From the human T2T-CHM13v2.0 reference genome, Homo sapiens, in NCBI RefSeq assembly GCF_009914755.1, contig NC_060928.1: DNA of 64,000 nucleotides, one strand, 5' to 3'. Positions 1 through 17,650 of this stretch are shown one piece after another. The position numbers and the translations under genes are program-made. Below the pieces are notes generated by a model. That model was not told the DNA's origin, searched no databases, and worked only from the letters and a program-made list of their open reading frames with translations. Within the stretch, counting starts at the first letter, position 1. Every line of letters starts with the position of its first letter.

Positions 1-960
1 CGTGGGCTCTGGGGCCAGCCTAAGGGAGGCCGAGCCGCCGCCGAGGGCTCCGGGGCCAGCCTGAGGGAGACCGGGCCGCCGCCGGGGGCTCCGGGGCCAG
101 CCTGAGGGAGGCCGGGCCGCCGCTGATGGCTCCGGGGCCAGCCTAAGGGAGACCGGGCCGCTGTTGATGGCTCCGGGGCCAGCCGAGGGAGGCCTGACCG
201 GCCCCGATCCTGGTGGTGCCCGGGCGTGCGGGTGAGCTGTGGGCCCTGGGACCCCCGCCCCGACCCCAGGACGCCGGGACACCAGCTTGCGGCTCTTGCG
301 CCCGGGTGGGCTGTGGACGATGAGTCCGCACAATGGGTTGCCGTTGGCTGCCTCCTGCCTGGGGCAGGTGTCGCCGCGCCGGGGCGGCTCTTCTAGGGGA
401 GACGAGGCGGGGGTGCTTAGACTTGATAGGACGTAGAGCCCCGAAAGTGGGCGCGGGAGGAAGGCTTCGGCCGGTGGGAGGCGCCCGGCGTCCCCGGCAG
501 CGGGGTCAGGCCGGCAGCCTGGGCCGCTCGCTCGCGTTCCCTCCGTTCCCCTCCCCTCCAGCATTGTCCTTTTGGGGCCCCGGGAAGGGAAAACCGCCGG
601 GCGGGGGAGGAGGGCCGCAGGCGGGCGGGGCCGGGAGGCCGGCTGAGCGACTGGCGCGCCGGCCTATGGCGCGGGGCGCGGCGCGGGGGGCGGGCCTGGC
701 GGGCGGGGCCGGTGCGGCGCAAGGTTTGGCGAAGGTTACAGCTGGAGCTAGGAGTGACAGGCCCACAGTCATCCGTGCGCTGCGCGGCAAACCCTGTCGC
801 GAGGGCGCCCCGAGTTGCTGCGGGGCCTGATCCGGCTCCTTTCCAACAATACGCGTCTGCAGCCGGCATTTCTAGAGCTCTCTGCTTCTTCCCGCTGGAG
901 AAACCAGTGTGTGTCGTGTTGGAATGCTTCGTCTTGCCCTAGAATTCAGCTTGCGTCTTG
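1..960. promoter_or_regulatory. CpG island / promoter-proximal region of KIAA0232 (3' part)
   Basis: Very GC-rich with dense CpG, unlike the CpG-depleted remainder. GC-box motifs (ggcggg, gggcgggg) at about 599-710. Confidence 0.88.
4..194 (+). repeat. 41-bp GC-rich minisatellite (VNTR), about 4.6 copies visible, probably cut by the window edge
   Basis: Units resembling (g/t)ggctccggggccagcctRagggagRccgggccgccgcYga start at 4, 45, 86, 127 and 168. Confidence 0.93.
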
Positions 961-1926
961 TGGTGCGCAGGTGACAGGACCTGCCGAACTCTTGGTACAG
1001 ACCCCTAAATCATGGCAGAACTGTCTTGATTTCTTTTTTGCCACCTTTCCGTTTTTGTCCTCTATAGGCAAGCTATAAAGATTTAACCCAGTTAAAAACA
1101 GGAGGGAGATTCAGCGGAGAGGAGGCATGCGAGATTCTTTGGAAAAAATTATATAAATGTAGTTCTTGCTAATAATTACCTGGGTTGGATACTTTGACTT
1201 ACTGTTCAAGTTCCTAAGAAGGGATTTTACATTTCTGGGTCTTGTTTTAAAAACTGTTAGAAAGCTCGTGAGGGGGTAGGGACAAGCAGTTTTGGTAATA
1301 GGCGATGCTGTGGATAAAACTGTGCGGTAAAATGCCCAAGCTAGATTCTTCCTATGCAAAATAAGACCCGTTCCAGAACACTTTGACCATTTCGTGGACT
1401 TAGAATTTAAAGGCGGGTGAGGGCGGGGGGGGAGGAGGAGCGGATTCTATCACTCTGCATCCTCAAGGTCAAATATTCTTCCATCAGTTATTTTGGATTG
1501 AACCATTCTTAAATAGGTCTCAGGATCTCTATGTCGCTTCCTTATGACAGAACCTATTTCCGAGAGTGTGCCTTTGCATATCTATAGAAGCTCCTTTCAC
1601 TTAATATATCTTATAACTCAGATTCAATTGCTGTACTTGCTAAATAATGCATTTTTAATCATTCAAAAAGTGGTTTACAGCTTCCTTGGGTATAATGGTT
1701 TTTATGTAAGCCCGTTACATCAGTGAAATGCCAGTTTTTAAACATTGAAGGGAAGGGAGAATATTATTCTTATTTATTTCCATAGGAAGTAGAATTCAAA
1801 GTGCAGGTGCTTTTTTGTTTGCTTTGGAGAAAAAGTATAGGTCTTTAACATGACGTTAACAGAAGTCAAATCTAAGGATAATTAGCTTGTTATGCAAGTT
1901 GCAAACATTTAAGAAGATCAGATGAA

Positions 1927-2223
1927 TTTTTTTTTTTTTTTTTTGAGACGGAGTCTCGCTCTGCCGCCCAGGCTGGAGTCCGCGATCTCGGCTCACTCAC
2001 TGCAACCTCCGCCCGCCGGGTACAAGCGAGTCTCCTGCCTCAACCTCCCGAGTAGCTGGGACTACAGGTGCATGCCACCACCCCCGGCTAATTTTTTGCA
2101 TTTTTAGTAGAGATGGGGCTTCACCGTGTTAGCCAGGATGGTCTTTCTCTCCTGACCTCGTGATCCGCCTGCCTCAGCCTCCCAAAGTGCTGGGATTACA
2201 GGCGTGAGCCACCGCGCCTGGCT
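1927..2223 (-). mobile_element. Alu (S/Y type)
   Basis: Poly-T plus reverse Alu dimer; degenerate flanking repeats gatcagatgaattt / gattagatggattt. Confidence 0.93.
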
Positions 2224-3294
2224 GATTAGATGGATTTTTAACACTTCCAGTGGTAATATAGGGTAATGTAGCTAGCCTACTCTGTGCTATGTTGTACGGT
2301 AGCACTCTTCAAAAGAAATTAGATTGTTCTTGTTCTTTATTTTTCATTGTGTGGAAAAGTGCTGAGCCTGCGCTTTGTCCTTGTTTTTGTAGCATTTGAC
2401 TTGGCAGTTAATGGCTTGTGAGCTAATTTCCTCATCTGTAGAATGGGAAGATTGATGACACCTGTTTCACAGAATAGTTGGGATGATCACTTGAGGGAAG
2501 ACGTGAAATGTCGTCAAGACTCAAACCCTTTAAAAATACTCGCCTAGTGTAAGTGTTAAAACCTCAGATTACTTGCTTTGCTTAAAGTTTTTAACTTTGT
2601 CTTCAGGCTCCTCGCCACCCCTTCCTATCCATTCTTTGCCTGGCTGCCAGAGTCATCTTTCCTGAGCTCAGATCTTGTCAGTCTCTGGCTCAGTAGGCTT
2701 CTAAGACTGCCTGTGGTTTGGAGCTTAGAATTCAGAGATACCAGCATCACAATGCAGGCCCCTTGCAGTCTGGCCCCCAGTCATCTCTGTACTTTATCTT
2801 GTCCTCTTTGTCCCCTTTCCACACTGTCCAGCTAAACAAGACTGCTCTTGGTTCTCTGAACATGCCAAGCTATTTCAGACCTTCTTTGCTTATATTCTTT
2901 TCTCTTATTGGAATGTCCTGTCTCACTCCCACTCCCTCCAGTTCTTAAAAGTTCATATCAAATATTCTGTTCTCTCTGGAGTCCTTTGGAAGTCCTATTA
3001 CAATGAATTATTCCTTTCCTCAATCATAGTTCTCTATTTTTCCTTCATTATTGTCTATATCATGTTGTATTATAAATTGGTCATAGTAAACTCTGGCTGT
3101 GGTGTCTATCCTATCATTTTGCCCCCAACACCTTGCTCAGGCGTTTAAACATAAGTGCTTAATGTTAAATGTAAGTGTTTAAATGTTTGCTAAATAAAGT
3201 CAAAGTCTGTAATCAACCTTAAAGAGTATGTTAATATTATAAAGTATATTTATTTTTATTTTTTCTGACCCTGGCTTAAGTCTGCAAATAAAGT

Positions 3295-3592
3295 TTGTTT
3301 GTTTTTGAGACAGCATCTTGCTTTGTCACCCAGGCTTGGAGTGCGGTGGTGTGATCGTGGCTCACTGTAGCCTCAACCTCCCAGGCTCAAGTGATCCTCC
3401 CACCTCAGCCTCCTGAGTAGCTGGGACCACGGGCATGCACCACCATGCTCAGCTAATTAAAACAATTTGTTTTTTTGTAGAAACGGGTCTCCCTGTGTTG
3501 CCCAGGCTGATCTCGAACTCCTGGGCTCAAGCAATCCTCCCACCTCAACCTCCCAAAGTGCTGGGATTACAAGCATGAGCCACCGCACAAGA
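3295..3592 (-). mobile_element. Alu (J type)
   Basis: Reverse Alu dimer with J-like ctcaagcaatcctcccacc. Confidence 0.9.
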
Positions 3593-3887
3593 CCCAGATG
3601 AAGTATTTTTAATAAACATCGGTGCCCACAACAACATTAGAAATGTAGTTTTACTATGTTGAATATAGTTACTATTTAGAATATTTCTTTACAGTTATTT
3701 TTGGTCTTTCACATAATCACATAAGTGGTATTTTATACAAAGTAAAAACTGTCATCTTTCCCATTTGTATCTAAACTTGTAGGGTCTAATGAAATAGATG
3801 AAGTGCCTGCATTGCTGACTGTGAATCACCGACCCATTTTTTGGGCAGAGGGAACCAGAGCACAAGGTTAAAAATATTCCTTGTATT

Positions 3888-4304
<417 letters not shown>

Positions 4305-5029
4305 TTAAAAGAATATTAGAACTGGATTTGAAAGACTCAGGTTTGCTTCTTGGCCGTGAACAAGTTTGTTAAATCCCTTTGGAAGTCAGTCAGTCTTTAT
4401 TTGGGAACTGAGAACGGTTATTCCTGTTGCTTTGTAGTACATTTAAAGAGGCTATGCTTTGTGTACTGCACATCCTTACACAGATACAAGGTAATCAGAT
4501 GTTTTGCTTTATAGCATTTTTGTCCTACTTGTTACCCAGCCTGGAAACCTTTAGAGACTTCCTTTCTTGACCAGATTTTTACCAGGTTTGCCTCCATGAG
4601 TCTTTTCCATCAGTCTTTTTCTTTACTCTTTCATGTTTCCTCTGCCCCTACCCTCCCTGAAGCTCTTACTCCTTATGAAGATAGTTACTGTAGTCCTCCA
4701 ACTGGCCTCTCTTTTTTCTGGTCTCTCCTCCTCTGTTCTGTTGCCAGAATTATTTAATAGGCAAATCAAATCATATCATGACCCATTTCCCAAGTATACA
4801 CCAGAGGTTCTCAACATTTCCCTCTATTCCATCACACCTGAGGGATACGACAGTTTTGTTGGTAAGGTTATGGGCTTTCTCCTCCCAAGATTTTTACCTT
4901 GGAAGTGCTACCACACTCCTCCCCTGGTTGAGAATTAATGTTAAAGAGTTAGGAAATCACTGTAAGATCTTTGCTATCTAGCCTCATTCTTACTTTTAGC
5001 TTAATCTTTTATTGGATCTCTTCTTTTTC

Positions 5030-5305
5030 GTTTTTGTGTTTTTGAGACAGGGTCTTACTCTGTCACTCATGCTGGAGTGCAGCGGTGCCATCTTGGCTCA
5101 CTGCAACTTCCACCTCCCTTCCTCCTGCTGCCTTGGCCTCCTGAGTAGCTGGGACTACAGGCACATAACGCCTGGCTAATTTTTTGTAGAGATGGGGTTT
5201 TGCTCTGTTGCCTAGACTGGCTTCAAACTCCTGGGCTCAAGTAATCTGCCCGCCTTGGCCTCCGAAAGTGCCGAGATTATAAGCACGAGCCACCACGCCC
5301 AGCCT
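5030..5305 (-). mobile_element. Alu (J type, diverged)
   Basis: Reverse Alu with small internal deletions. Confidence 0.85.
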
Positions 5306-5931
5306 GCATCTCTTCTTGTCACCTTATATTTCAACACAAGACCTCTGGCCACTTCCGTTATTGGCAGACTACTCTGAAATATCCTTTCCACCTTTCTCTC
5401 TCTTTCTGAGTCTTGGAGTCTTGGCTTAAATGCTGCTACTTCTATTTCTGTAACCTGATTTTCAGAATTAACTCATTATTTTTCTCCCACACAGTGCTAG
5501 CCTGATACCTCTACTTATCTATTTTTTCCTTATGACTTTTTAGTTTATATACATGAAGGTCTTTCCTGGATTATAAACTCCTTGAGAGATGTAGAGGAAA
5601 ATCTTAATCATTTCTGATTTCCTCTAGTGTGCAATATAGTCTTTTACATAGTACTCATTTGTTAAATGTTTGACTGAATTAACTCAAAATTTACAGTCTC
5701 TGATTTCAGGAGGAGGAGGATAGAGTTGGAATAACTTTGTATGAGAACTTAGTGAATCCATGTGACACACTCAGAACAGGGCCCAGCATATAGTAAGTGC
5801 TCAGTAAGTGGCAGCTTTTAGCTATTAATTTGAATAGGTGGAGACGACACTAGTGGTTGGATACACTGGTTAATTGTATATGCTAGTTTATTATGACAGT
5901 GTTCACATATTTATTTCTGGTGTGTGTGTAA

Positions 5932-6558
<627 letters not shown>

Positions 6559-6733
6559 AGTCATCTCATTTTCAACTTGCATCTACGTTCTTTCATTAAT
6601 TTTGTGACTGAGTTGGAGAGGGCTTTTGCATAAACAGATTCATGATGGTGGTCCTAAATTATTCTGAAGACAGGCAAACCTGTCTGTAGATGAGCAGGTT
6701 TTTTGCATATGGCTTAAGAAAGTCTGGAAAATT

Positions 6734-7030
6734 GGCCAGGCATGCTGGCTTGCCTATAATTCCAGCACTTTGGGAAAGCGAGGTGGGAGGATCACTTGAG
6801 CCCAGGAGTTTGAGATGTGTCTGGGCAACATGGTGAAACCCTGTTTCTACAAAAAAATTTTAAAAATTAGCCAGGTGTGGTGGCACATGTCTGTAGTCCC
6901 AGCTACTTAGGAGGCTGAGGCAGGAGGATCGCTTGAGCCCAGGAGATCAAGGCTGCAGTGAGCCATGATTGCACCACTGGACTCCAGCCTGGGTGACTGA
7001 GCGAGACCCTGTCTCAAGAAAAAAAAAAGA
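6734..7030 (+). mobile_element. Alu (J type)
   Basis: Forward dimer with A tail. Confidence 0.9.
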
Positions 7031-7371
7031 GTGGAAAATAGAAATTGTCAAAGTTTACACTATACAGTATGTTATTTTCAGGAAAGCGAATGTTTTCACT
7101 TTAATCTTACATCTTGTTAATATACATTAAGCAGTAGAAACTTCCTCTTTGGTATTTGGAATGACTGTTGAGATTTCTGTTTCTGACATCTTCCCTAAGT
7201 GCTTACCTGTTGCCAGGCTTTCTCCATATCTGTCTCTTCCTCAGTGTTGCCCCTGGTTGAATAGGGAGAAGATAGGGAAAACCAGCAGTAATTATTTCAG
7301 AATTGTTCACCCAGTTTGGAGATTTTTTTCAAGCCCTTCCTTTTTTTATTTAATTTTTTTTTTTTAATTAA

Positions 7372-8608
<1,237 letters not shown>

Positions 8609-8799
8609 TCAAGCCGACTTTTTAACATGAACAATAAGTCTCTTTCTTCATCTCCCTTCCTATCCTGTATTCATCTTGCCTTGAAGACCACAGATAAATT
8701 TTAAAAAATGGAATCATGGTAAAGAGTGTTCTTGTGTCATTATTTAAACAAACACTAAACTTTGTATCTTGGAATGCTTTCCATATCAGACATACAGAT

Positions 8800-9156
8800 T
8801 GATACGGGTTGGCTGTGTCCCCACCCAAATCTCATCTTGAATTCCCACATGTTGTAGGAGGGACCTGGTGGGAGGTGATTGAATCATGGGGACAGGTCTT
8901 TCTCATGCTGTTCTCATGATAGTGAATACGTCTCATGAGATTTGATGGTTTTAAAAAGGGGAGTTTCCCTGCATAATCTCTCCTCTTTTGACTGTCACCA
9001 TCCATGTAAGAGGTGACTTTGCTCCTCCTTGCCTTCTGCCATGATTGTGAGGCCTCTGCAGCCACGTGGAACTGTAAGTCAATGAAACCTCTTTCCTTTC
9101 TAAATTACCCAGTCTTGGGTATGTCTTTATCAGCATTGCAAAAACAGACTAATACA
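8800..9156 (+). mobile_element. THE1-family MaLR solo LTR
   Basis: Starts tgatacgggttggctgtgtccccacccaaatctcatcttgaatt and ends cagactaataca (TG...CA). Perfect 5-bp TSD cagat at 8795-8799 and 9157-9161. Confidence 0.93.
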
Positions 9157-9661
9157 CAGATCTACTTTAGGTACAGATTTGCTTTACCATGTTCTTTTTT
9201 TAATATGCCTAGTATTACCTTGTGTGAAGGTGCCTGAATTTATTTAACTAGTTGATATGAAGAGTTTCCAGGTTTTTGTTATTTGTAACACAGTGCTACA
9301 GTAAACATTTTTGTACATATGTCTTAGTGAACTTTCATGAGTAACCACCTTACTCTCAGCAGCCTTAAAAAAATTGACCAACAAGTTTCTAACTACTCTG
9401 AATAATCATTTGTCATGTTAAAAATTTTCTTGGTGGCTATATTAGTTTTACTACTTTTGTTAAGGCCGGATGTTTTGTTTTCTGAAGTAGTCCTGTGAGA
9501 TAATTTCATACAATTAAGCACAGATTTTTTATATTGCATGTAGAATATTAAGCTCATAAAGTTTATAAAGGCACAGGGTTGGCTTTATGAGCCTGTAATT
9601 GCATCATACAGGGCCCTTGCTTGCTTCAGTGATCTGCTGTTGTAGTCTTGATAGTCTTAGG

Positions 9662-9965
9662 TTTTTTTTTTTTTTTGTTTTTTTTTTGAGACAGAGTCTC
9701 ACTCTGTTGCCCAGGCTGTAGTGCAATGGCATCATCTTGGCTCACTGCAAGCTCCGCCTCCTGGGTTCACGCCATTCTCCTGCCTCAGCCTCCTGAGTAG
9801 CTGGGACCACAGGTGCCCACCACCACGCCCGGCTAATGTTTTTGTATTTTTAGTAGAGACGGGGTTTCACCATGTTAGAATGGTCTCGATCTCCTGATCT
9901 CGTGATCCGCCTGCCTCAGCCTCCCAAAGTGCTGGGATTACAGGCATGAGCCACCGTGCTCGGCC
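9662..9965 (-). mobile_element. Alu (Y/Sc type), apparently inserted in an old DNA-transposon fragment (about 9570-10042)
   Basis: Reverse Alu dimer; the flanks resemble a MER91-like hAT element (low certainty). Confidence 0.85.
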
Positions 9966-10699
9966 ATTCTTAGTTATTTTTGAACTCAGAACCCACATTA
10001 TTGTTCTGCACTGGGTCCCACAAATTATGTAGCCAGTCCTATGAAGACTTCATAAAAACTCGTAGTAAGAACCCCTCATCCTCTCATCTCCTAATCCTGT
10101 TCCCTGTGAGTGACTACCATTAACATTACCTAATGTTAACTAATTAACTAATTACCATTAGTTAATTAAGTAATTACCATTAGTTTATCCACTTGGGGAC
10201 TTTTTAGAATGTGTATATAAACAACATTGCATATTATGCTTGAGCCATTAAAAAACAACTGTTTATTTGAAATCCACACAGAGTCAGTATGTATTTTCCT
10301 GAAAAACTCCATAATGGATCACGAATGCTACAGACTTTCAGAACATAGAGGCTCTAAAAAACTTAGCCTTAAGAAGTTGGTACTGAACTGTAGTTTTAGA
10401 TTTTGTATTGGTTTGTGTTTGAAAAAGTATGCTTAACTTGAAGCTTTAGCGAAACAGCCTAAGTTTCAGTGTTAAGATAGCTATCTCTGAGATTTCACCT
10501 TGTAAAATGAAGTAAAACCTTAAGCTCATCATAGGCGAGTCAGAAATGAAAATAAAGTTTATTCATCAGTCAGGTTCAATTGAATAAGAGATTCACTAGG
10601 ATTATTTGGTGCTTTCTTAAAAAGTGGTCAGAATTCTTGGTGAAGTAAAAGGGCTAAGGATTCTTAGAAGTAGCTACAGAAAATGGATAAGGGGAGAGT

Positions 10700-12020
10700 G
10701 AGCTAACACTGGTTAACCGTTCTAATCTGTTAGGGCGTTGTGTTAGGGACCTTAGATAAACCATTTAATGTAAGCCTCCTGAGAACTCTGAGAGAGATGG
10801 GATGGTTGTCATTTTACAAATGAGGAAGCTACAACTCAGAGAGATTCCGAAAAACTTCCCTGTGGTCACAGGTAATATATGGCAGAACAGGAGCCCAGAC
10901 TTCCGTCCTTCCAACTTAAAAGTTCATGTTCTTTCCGCTTCCCTACTCTACCTAGAGATCTATTCATTCATAAAGTATTTGTTGACTGCCTACACTGGGC
11001 TAGGTACAGATGCCAGGATGGATTAGACATCCAGGAGGTTTATTGGGGGAATTAAGGGTAAGGCGAGAGGAAGCAGGAGTAGTATGTAGGAAGAGCCTTT
11101 TGACTTCCACTTGGTCGGATTCCCGTGAAGAGAGGAGAGGAAGAGTGGCTAGGAACAGCCTCAGGTCACTGTACAGTTCTGAGAAAGTCTTGACCAAGCT
11201 GATGGGGAATTCTCATGCTGAAGCTGTGCATCCTGCACCGGACAGAAAGGCCTGAGTCTGTTATCCCTTTCGGATTAAACCATTAGTTGGGGGCAGCCTG
11301 ATGGAAGCATGGCTTGGTGTCAGTGCTGTTGTGGTTCTGAACATGTAGCAACTTGAGGCTGTCAGCTTAGTTTCCTGTAGCAGCTTCTCTTGAAGGGTGA
11401 TCTGAGCAGGGCACCTTCATAGTGGCTGCACACGGTCCTGTCCTGGTGGGTGTGGGTAGAAAGACTGATAATACAAATAAGCAAGTAGATGCATATGTGA
11501 AGTGAAAATTAGTGCCAAGGGGAAAAACAGAGCAAAAGATGGGGTGTTGCATCGTATGTGGTGGACAGGGAAAGCCTCTGTTGACACTTGAGCAGAGACC
11601 TGAAGAGGAAGAGAGAAAGATGTGGAGATACCTGAGGAGCAGAGCATTTCGAGGGGTAGAGGAGAGCAAGTGAAAAGCCTTGGTTCTGCATCCATGATGA
11701 AGGTACACCTAAGAGGGTTTGCTGATGGACGAGATGTGGGATGTGCGAGGAGGAGCCATCATAGCGTGGGGTTGCCCTTGACTGACATGGGGAAGGTCAT
11801 GGCAAGGGTAATGGTGGTGAGAATTCAGGGTTGTGTTGTTTGGCTTTAGACATGTTATAAGTTTGAGATGCCAGTCAGATATCTCCTTGTCTAGTAGCTT
11901 GGTAGCATTAGAGTTCTGGAATTAAAGAGAAAGAAGCAGGGTAGAGGGAAAGGATGGAGCAGTCTCTGCATAGGTGGTATTTATAATCATGGGACTAGAA
12001 GAGGTAAGCCAGATTGCGCA
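10700..12020. mobile_element. Mosaic of ancient repeats (MIR about 10700-10940, L2 fragments, old LTR fragment about 11020-11400)
   Basis: MIR core cattttacaaatgaggaagct; L2 tail tattcattcataaagtatttgttgactgcctac. Confidence 0.6.
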
Positions 12021-12925
12021 GTTAAATAAGGCAGCCACAAGCCACATGTTTTGTTTTGTTTTGTTTTTGAGATGGAGTCTCACTCTGTCGCCCAGGCTGG
12101 AGTGCAATTGCATGATCTCGGCTTACTGCAAGCTCCGCCTTCCGGGTTCATGCCATTCTCTTGCCTCAGCCTCCTGAGCAGCTAGGACTACAGGCACCCA
12201 CCACCACGCCTAGCTAATTTTTTTGTATTTTTTAGTAGAGACAGGGTTTCATCGTGCTAGCCAGGATGATCTCGATCTCCTGACCTTGTGATCCGCCTGC
12301 TTCAGCCTCCCAAAGTACTGGGATCACAGGCGTGAGCCACCGCGCCCGGCCCACATGTGGCTTTTGAACTTTGCATGCAGCTAATCTGAATTGAGATGCG
12401 CTGTGTCAATTATGTACCAGATGCCAAAGACAGTGTGAAAAATTACAATGTAACATATATCATTAATTTTTACCTTCATTATATTTGGAGTGATATTATT
12501 TTGGATATACTGGGTTAAATCAAACATATTAAAGTTAATTTCACCTGTTTCTTTTTTAATATGGCTACTAGAAATATATTTATTTATTTTTTGAGCTAGG
12601 ACATCACTGTCACCTAGGCTGGAGTGCGGTGGTACATTCACAGCTTCTTGCAGCCTTGGTCTCCCAGGCTCAAGTAGTCCTCCCATTTCAGCCTCCTGAG
12701 TAGCTGGGACTATAGGCATGCGCCACTGCATCCAGCTAATTTACTTTTTTTGTAGAGACTGGGTCTCACTATGTTGCCCAGGCTGAGCTCAAACTCCTGC
12801 TCTCATGCAGTCCGCTTGCCTTGGCCTCCGCAAGTGCTGGGGTTACAGGAATGAACCACTGCACTTGGCCTAGAAAATTTTAATTACATATATGACTGGC
12901 ATTATTTTGCTCTTGAAGGCACTGG
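12020..12925. mobile_element. MER33-like hAT fossil interrupted by two reverse Alus (about 12048-12351, 12578-12870)
   Basis: ccacatgt duplicated around the first Alu; ttttggatatactgggttaaat...aaagttaatttcacctgtttc is typical of MER33. Confidence 0.75.
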
Positions 12926-13137
12926 TGGAGGAAGCGAATGGAAATAGAGAAGTCCAAGGGCAGAGCCTGGAAAGCTGGGAAGAGGAGGAGCAGCCAGCGG
13001 AGGAGCCAGCGAGGGTGTGGACTGGGTGAGGAGAGGATGATGAGAGGTGTGGTTTGTGCGTAAGTGAGCTGCACTAAAATTTGATTAGAACTTGAGTAAA
13101 AGGAAAGTATCAGAAACTAGGTCTAATTAATATGTAA

Positions 13138-13576
<439 letters not shown>

Positions 13577-14451
13577 TAGCCTATCTGAGGAATCAATCAT
13601 GATAGTAGAAAAGGAAGCACACATTTATAAGATTTGACACAGTTAGTGCAAGAAGGTGACTCTTATGGCCCTTAAAAGTTTGGTCACACGGTTTTCTTTC
13701 AGCTTGTAATCTTCACTTAGTAAAACTACCATAAGAATATCTTACCTTCCTTTTGCTCTTTCTGAGCTCGTAGGGTGTCTTTGAGAATGTTCAAGTAGGC
13801 TCCTTGAGTGGCCTTAGCTACCGTGATGGGAGGGCTTCGTTTCCATTCTTGGTTTTCTGGTTTATATGTTGGTCACTTGGTTATGTTAGTCAGCATCCTT
13901 TGGCACTGCCTTCTGTCCTGATCATCTCATAGGAACAGACTTTGGGACATTTACTGACAACAGTCAGTTGGAGAGCCTTCCTCATGCAGCACGTCGACTT
14001 CTTTTTAATATGTTGGTAGCTATAACAGTGTAGTATCAGGCAGATTGTTTTTTCTTTAGACATTATACTTTTTTCCTCTGTATTTTATTATTTCATTTCC
14101 CAAAAAACACACTTGCACATTTAAGAGCAGTGTTTTAACAGTTTTTTCCAAAGCCATGAGATAGAAACTGTCATGGAAACTGAAGCTCCTCTGACTGGAA
14201 CTTACTTAGGCCTTGCCAGGGTGGGCAAAAGATGACGTTGAAAAAGATCAGGTAGCACCCTGCATTTTGCCATTGGCTAAAGTGGGGTCAGAGCTGGTTG
14301 CCATTTTCTCTCTGTCTTGAGGTTCAGGCCTGTCATCTTCTCAAAATGCCTCCAGGCCTGTTGGGACAGTGAACAGTAATGGCCAAACTAAAAACTTTAA
14401 GAAGGATATGATATGCTAAATGCAGGGAAAAAGACTTCGCTTTAACCCTCA

Positions 14452-15232
<781 letters not shown>

Positions 15233-15544
15233 TTATGCTTTTTCATGTTGTGAAAGCAGTGTTTGATGCTGAGTAGGTGCTCAGATGTTGATTAAATGAA
15301 CAAGGAATAAAATAACTATAGAGAGCCTAGGTACTTAAGGCATGAGCCAGGGGTCAAGGTGATGGGTATTGGCCATCCCCTGCTCCTCACCTGTCCCACC
15401 TTAACCTGTGTAGTGTAGCATTGGCTACTACTACTTTGAGACATATTTGAACAACACTAGGTTAGGTAATCCCTTTCTAAGCTTAAATATGTCATGCTTC
15501 TGATGCTGACACCAACCCTTTTCTTTCTTCTCAGTTACATGCTT

Positions 15545-15830
15545 TATTTTTGAGACAGGGTCTCGCTGTCGCACAGGCTGGAGTGCAGGGGTGTGATTAT
15601 CGCTCACTGCACCCTTGACCTCCAGGGCTCGAACGAGCCTCCCACCTCAACCTTCTGAGTCTCTTGGACTATAGGCATGTGACATTATGCCCAATTAATT
15701 TTTTATTTTTTTGTAGAAATGGAGCCTCCCTGTGTTGTCCAGGCTGGTCTCAAACCCCTGGGCTCAAGCCATCCTCCTGCCTCAGCCTCCCAAAGTGCTG
15801 GGATTATAGGCGTGAGCCACCGTGCCCAGC
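15545..15830 (-). mobile_element. Alu (J type)
   Basis: Reverse dimer. Confidence 0.88.
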
Positions 15831-15912
15831 TGCTGTGTACTATTTACTAAGATAAAAGTTGCACGAGAAGAAATGCAGTTTCATCAGGTGTAGGGGAGGA
15901 AGTCAGAGGTGC

Positions 15913-16400
15913 TGTGTTTGTTTCCTAGGGATGCTACAACAAAGTACCCCAAACTTTGATGGATGGCTTTTAACAACAGAAGTGTATCTTCTCACAGTTC
16001 TGGAGGCCAGAAGTCCAAAATCCAAGTGTTGGCAGGGCTGGTTCCTTCTGGAGATTCTGAGAGAGAGCTTGGTCCATGCCCTACTCTTAGCGTCTGGTGG
16101 TTATTGGCAATACTTGGCATTTCTTGGCTTGCATTGGTACATTACTGCAGTCTCCGCATCTGTCTTCACGTGGGATTCTCCCCTGCATGTCTCTGTGTGA
16201 ATTTCCCTCTTCTTATAAGGACATCAGATCATTGAATTAGAGTCTCTTATCCAATTTAGGTGGCTGATAATCTAGTATGACCTCATTTTAACTTGATTAC
16301 ATTTTCACAGACCCTGTTTTCAAATAAGGTAATGTTCACAGGTAATGGAGTAAGGACTTGAACATACCTTTTTTGGGGGAAACAGTTCAGTCCACAGCAG
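15913..16400 (-). mobile_element. MLT1-family MaLR LTR
   Basis: Motifs tctcacagttctggaggccagaagtccaaaatc and caaataaggtaatgttcacagg. Confidence 0.8.
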
Positions 16401-16664
16401 GTGTTAAAGTTGGGGGTAAACAATTTCTGAAAAATTGTGACTCATTTCCTCAAATTCATCTCTTTACATTAAAGCTAGGTCTGTCAGAGGAATTGGGATA
16501 AAACAAACATAAAATTCACGTCTACTAGAAAGTATCAATTTGGCCTCAAGTCAAAATCGTGGATGGCATAGCCTAAGACTACATAACTATTAGAAAGACT
16601 CTTATAATAGAGACTAAGAATTCTGTTTTTTACACATTGGGTTTTTGCTTTGAGATTAGTTGGG

Positions 16665-17650
<986 letters not shown>

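Noticed and set aside
4-194. Regularly spaced repeats resembling a CRISPR array
   Set aside because: Units are head-to-tail without unique spacers, there are no cas genes, and the DNA is primate: it is a minisatellite.
143-1078. Overlapping 60-165 aa ORFs in the GC-rich start
   Set aside because: Expected from stop-codon scarcity in a CpG island; low-complexity G/A/R/P peptides with no recognisable domain.
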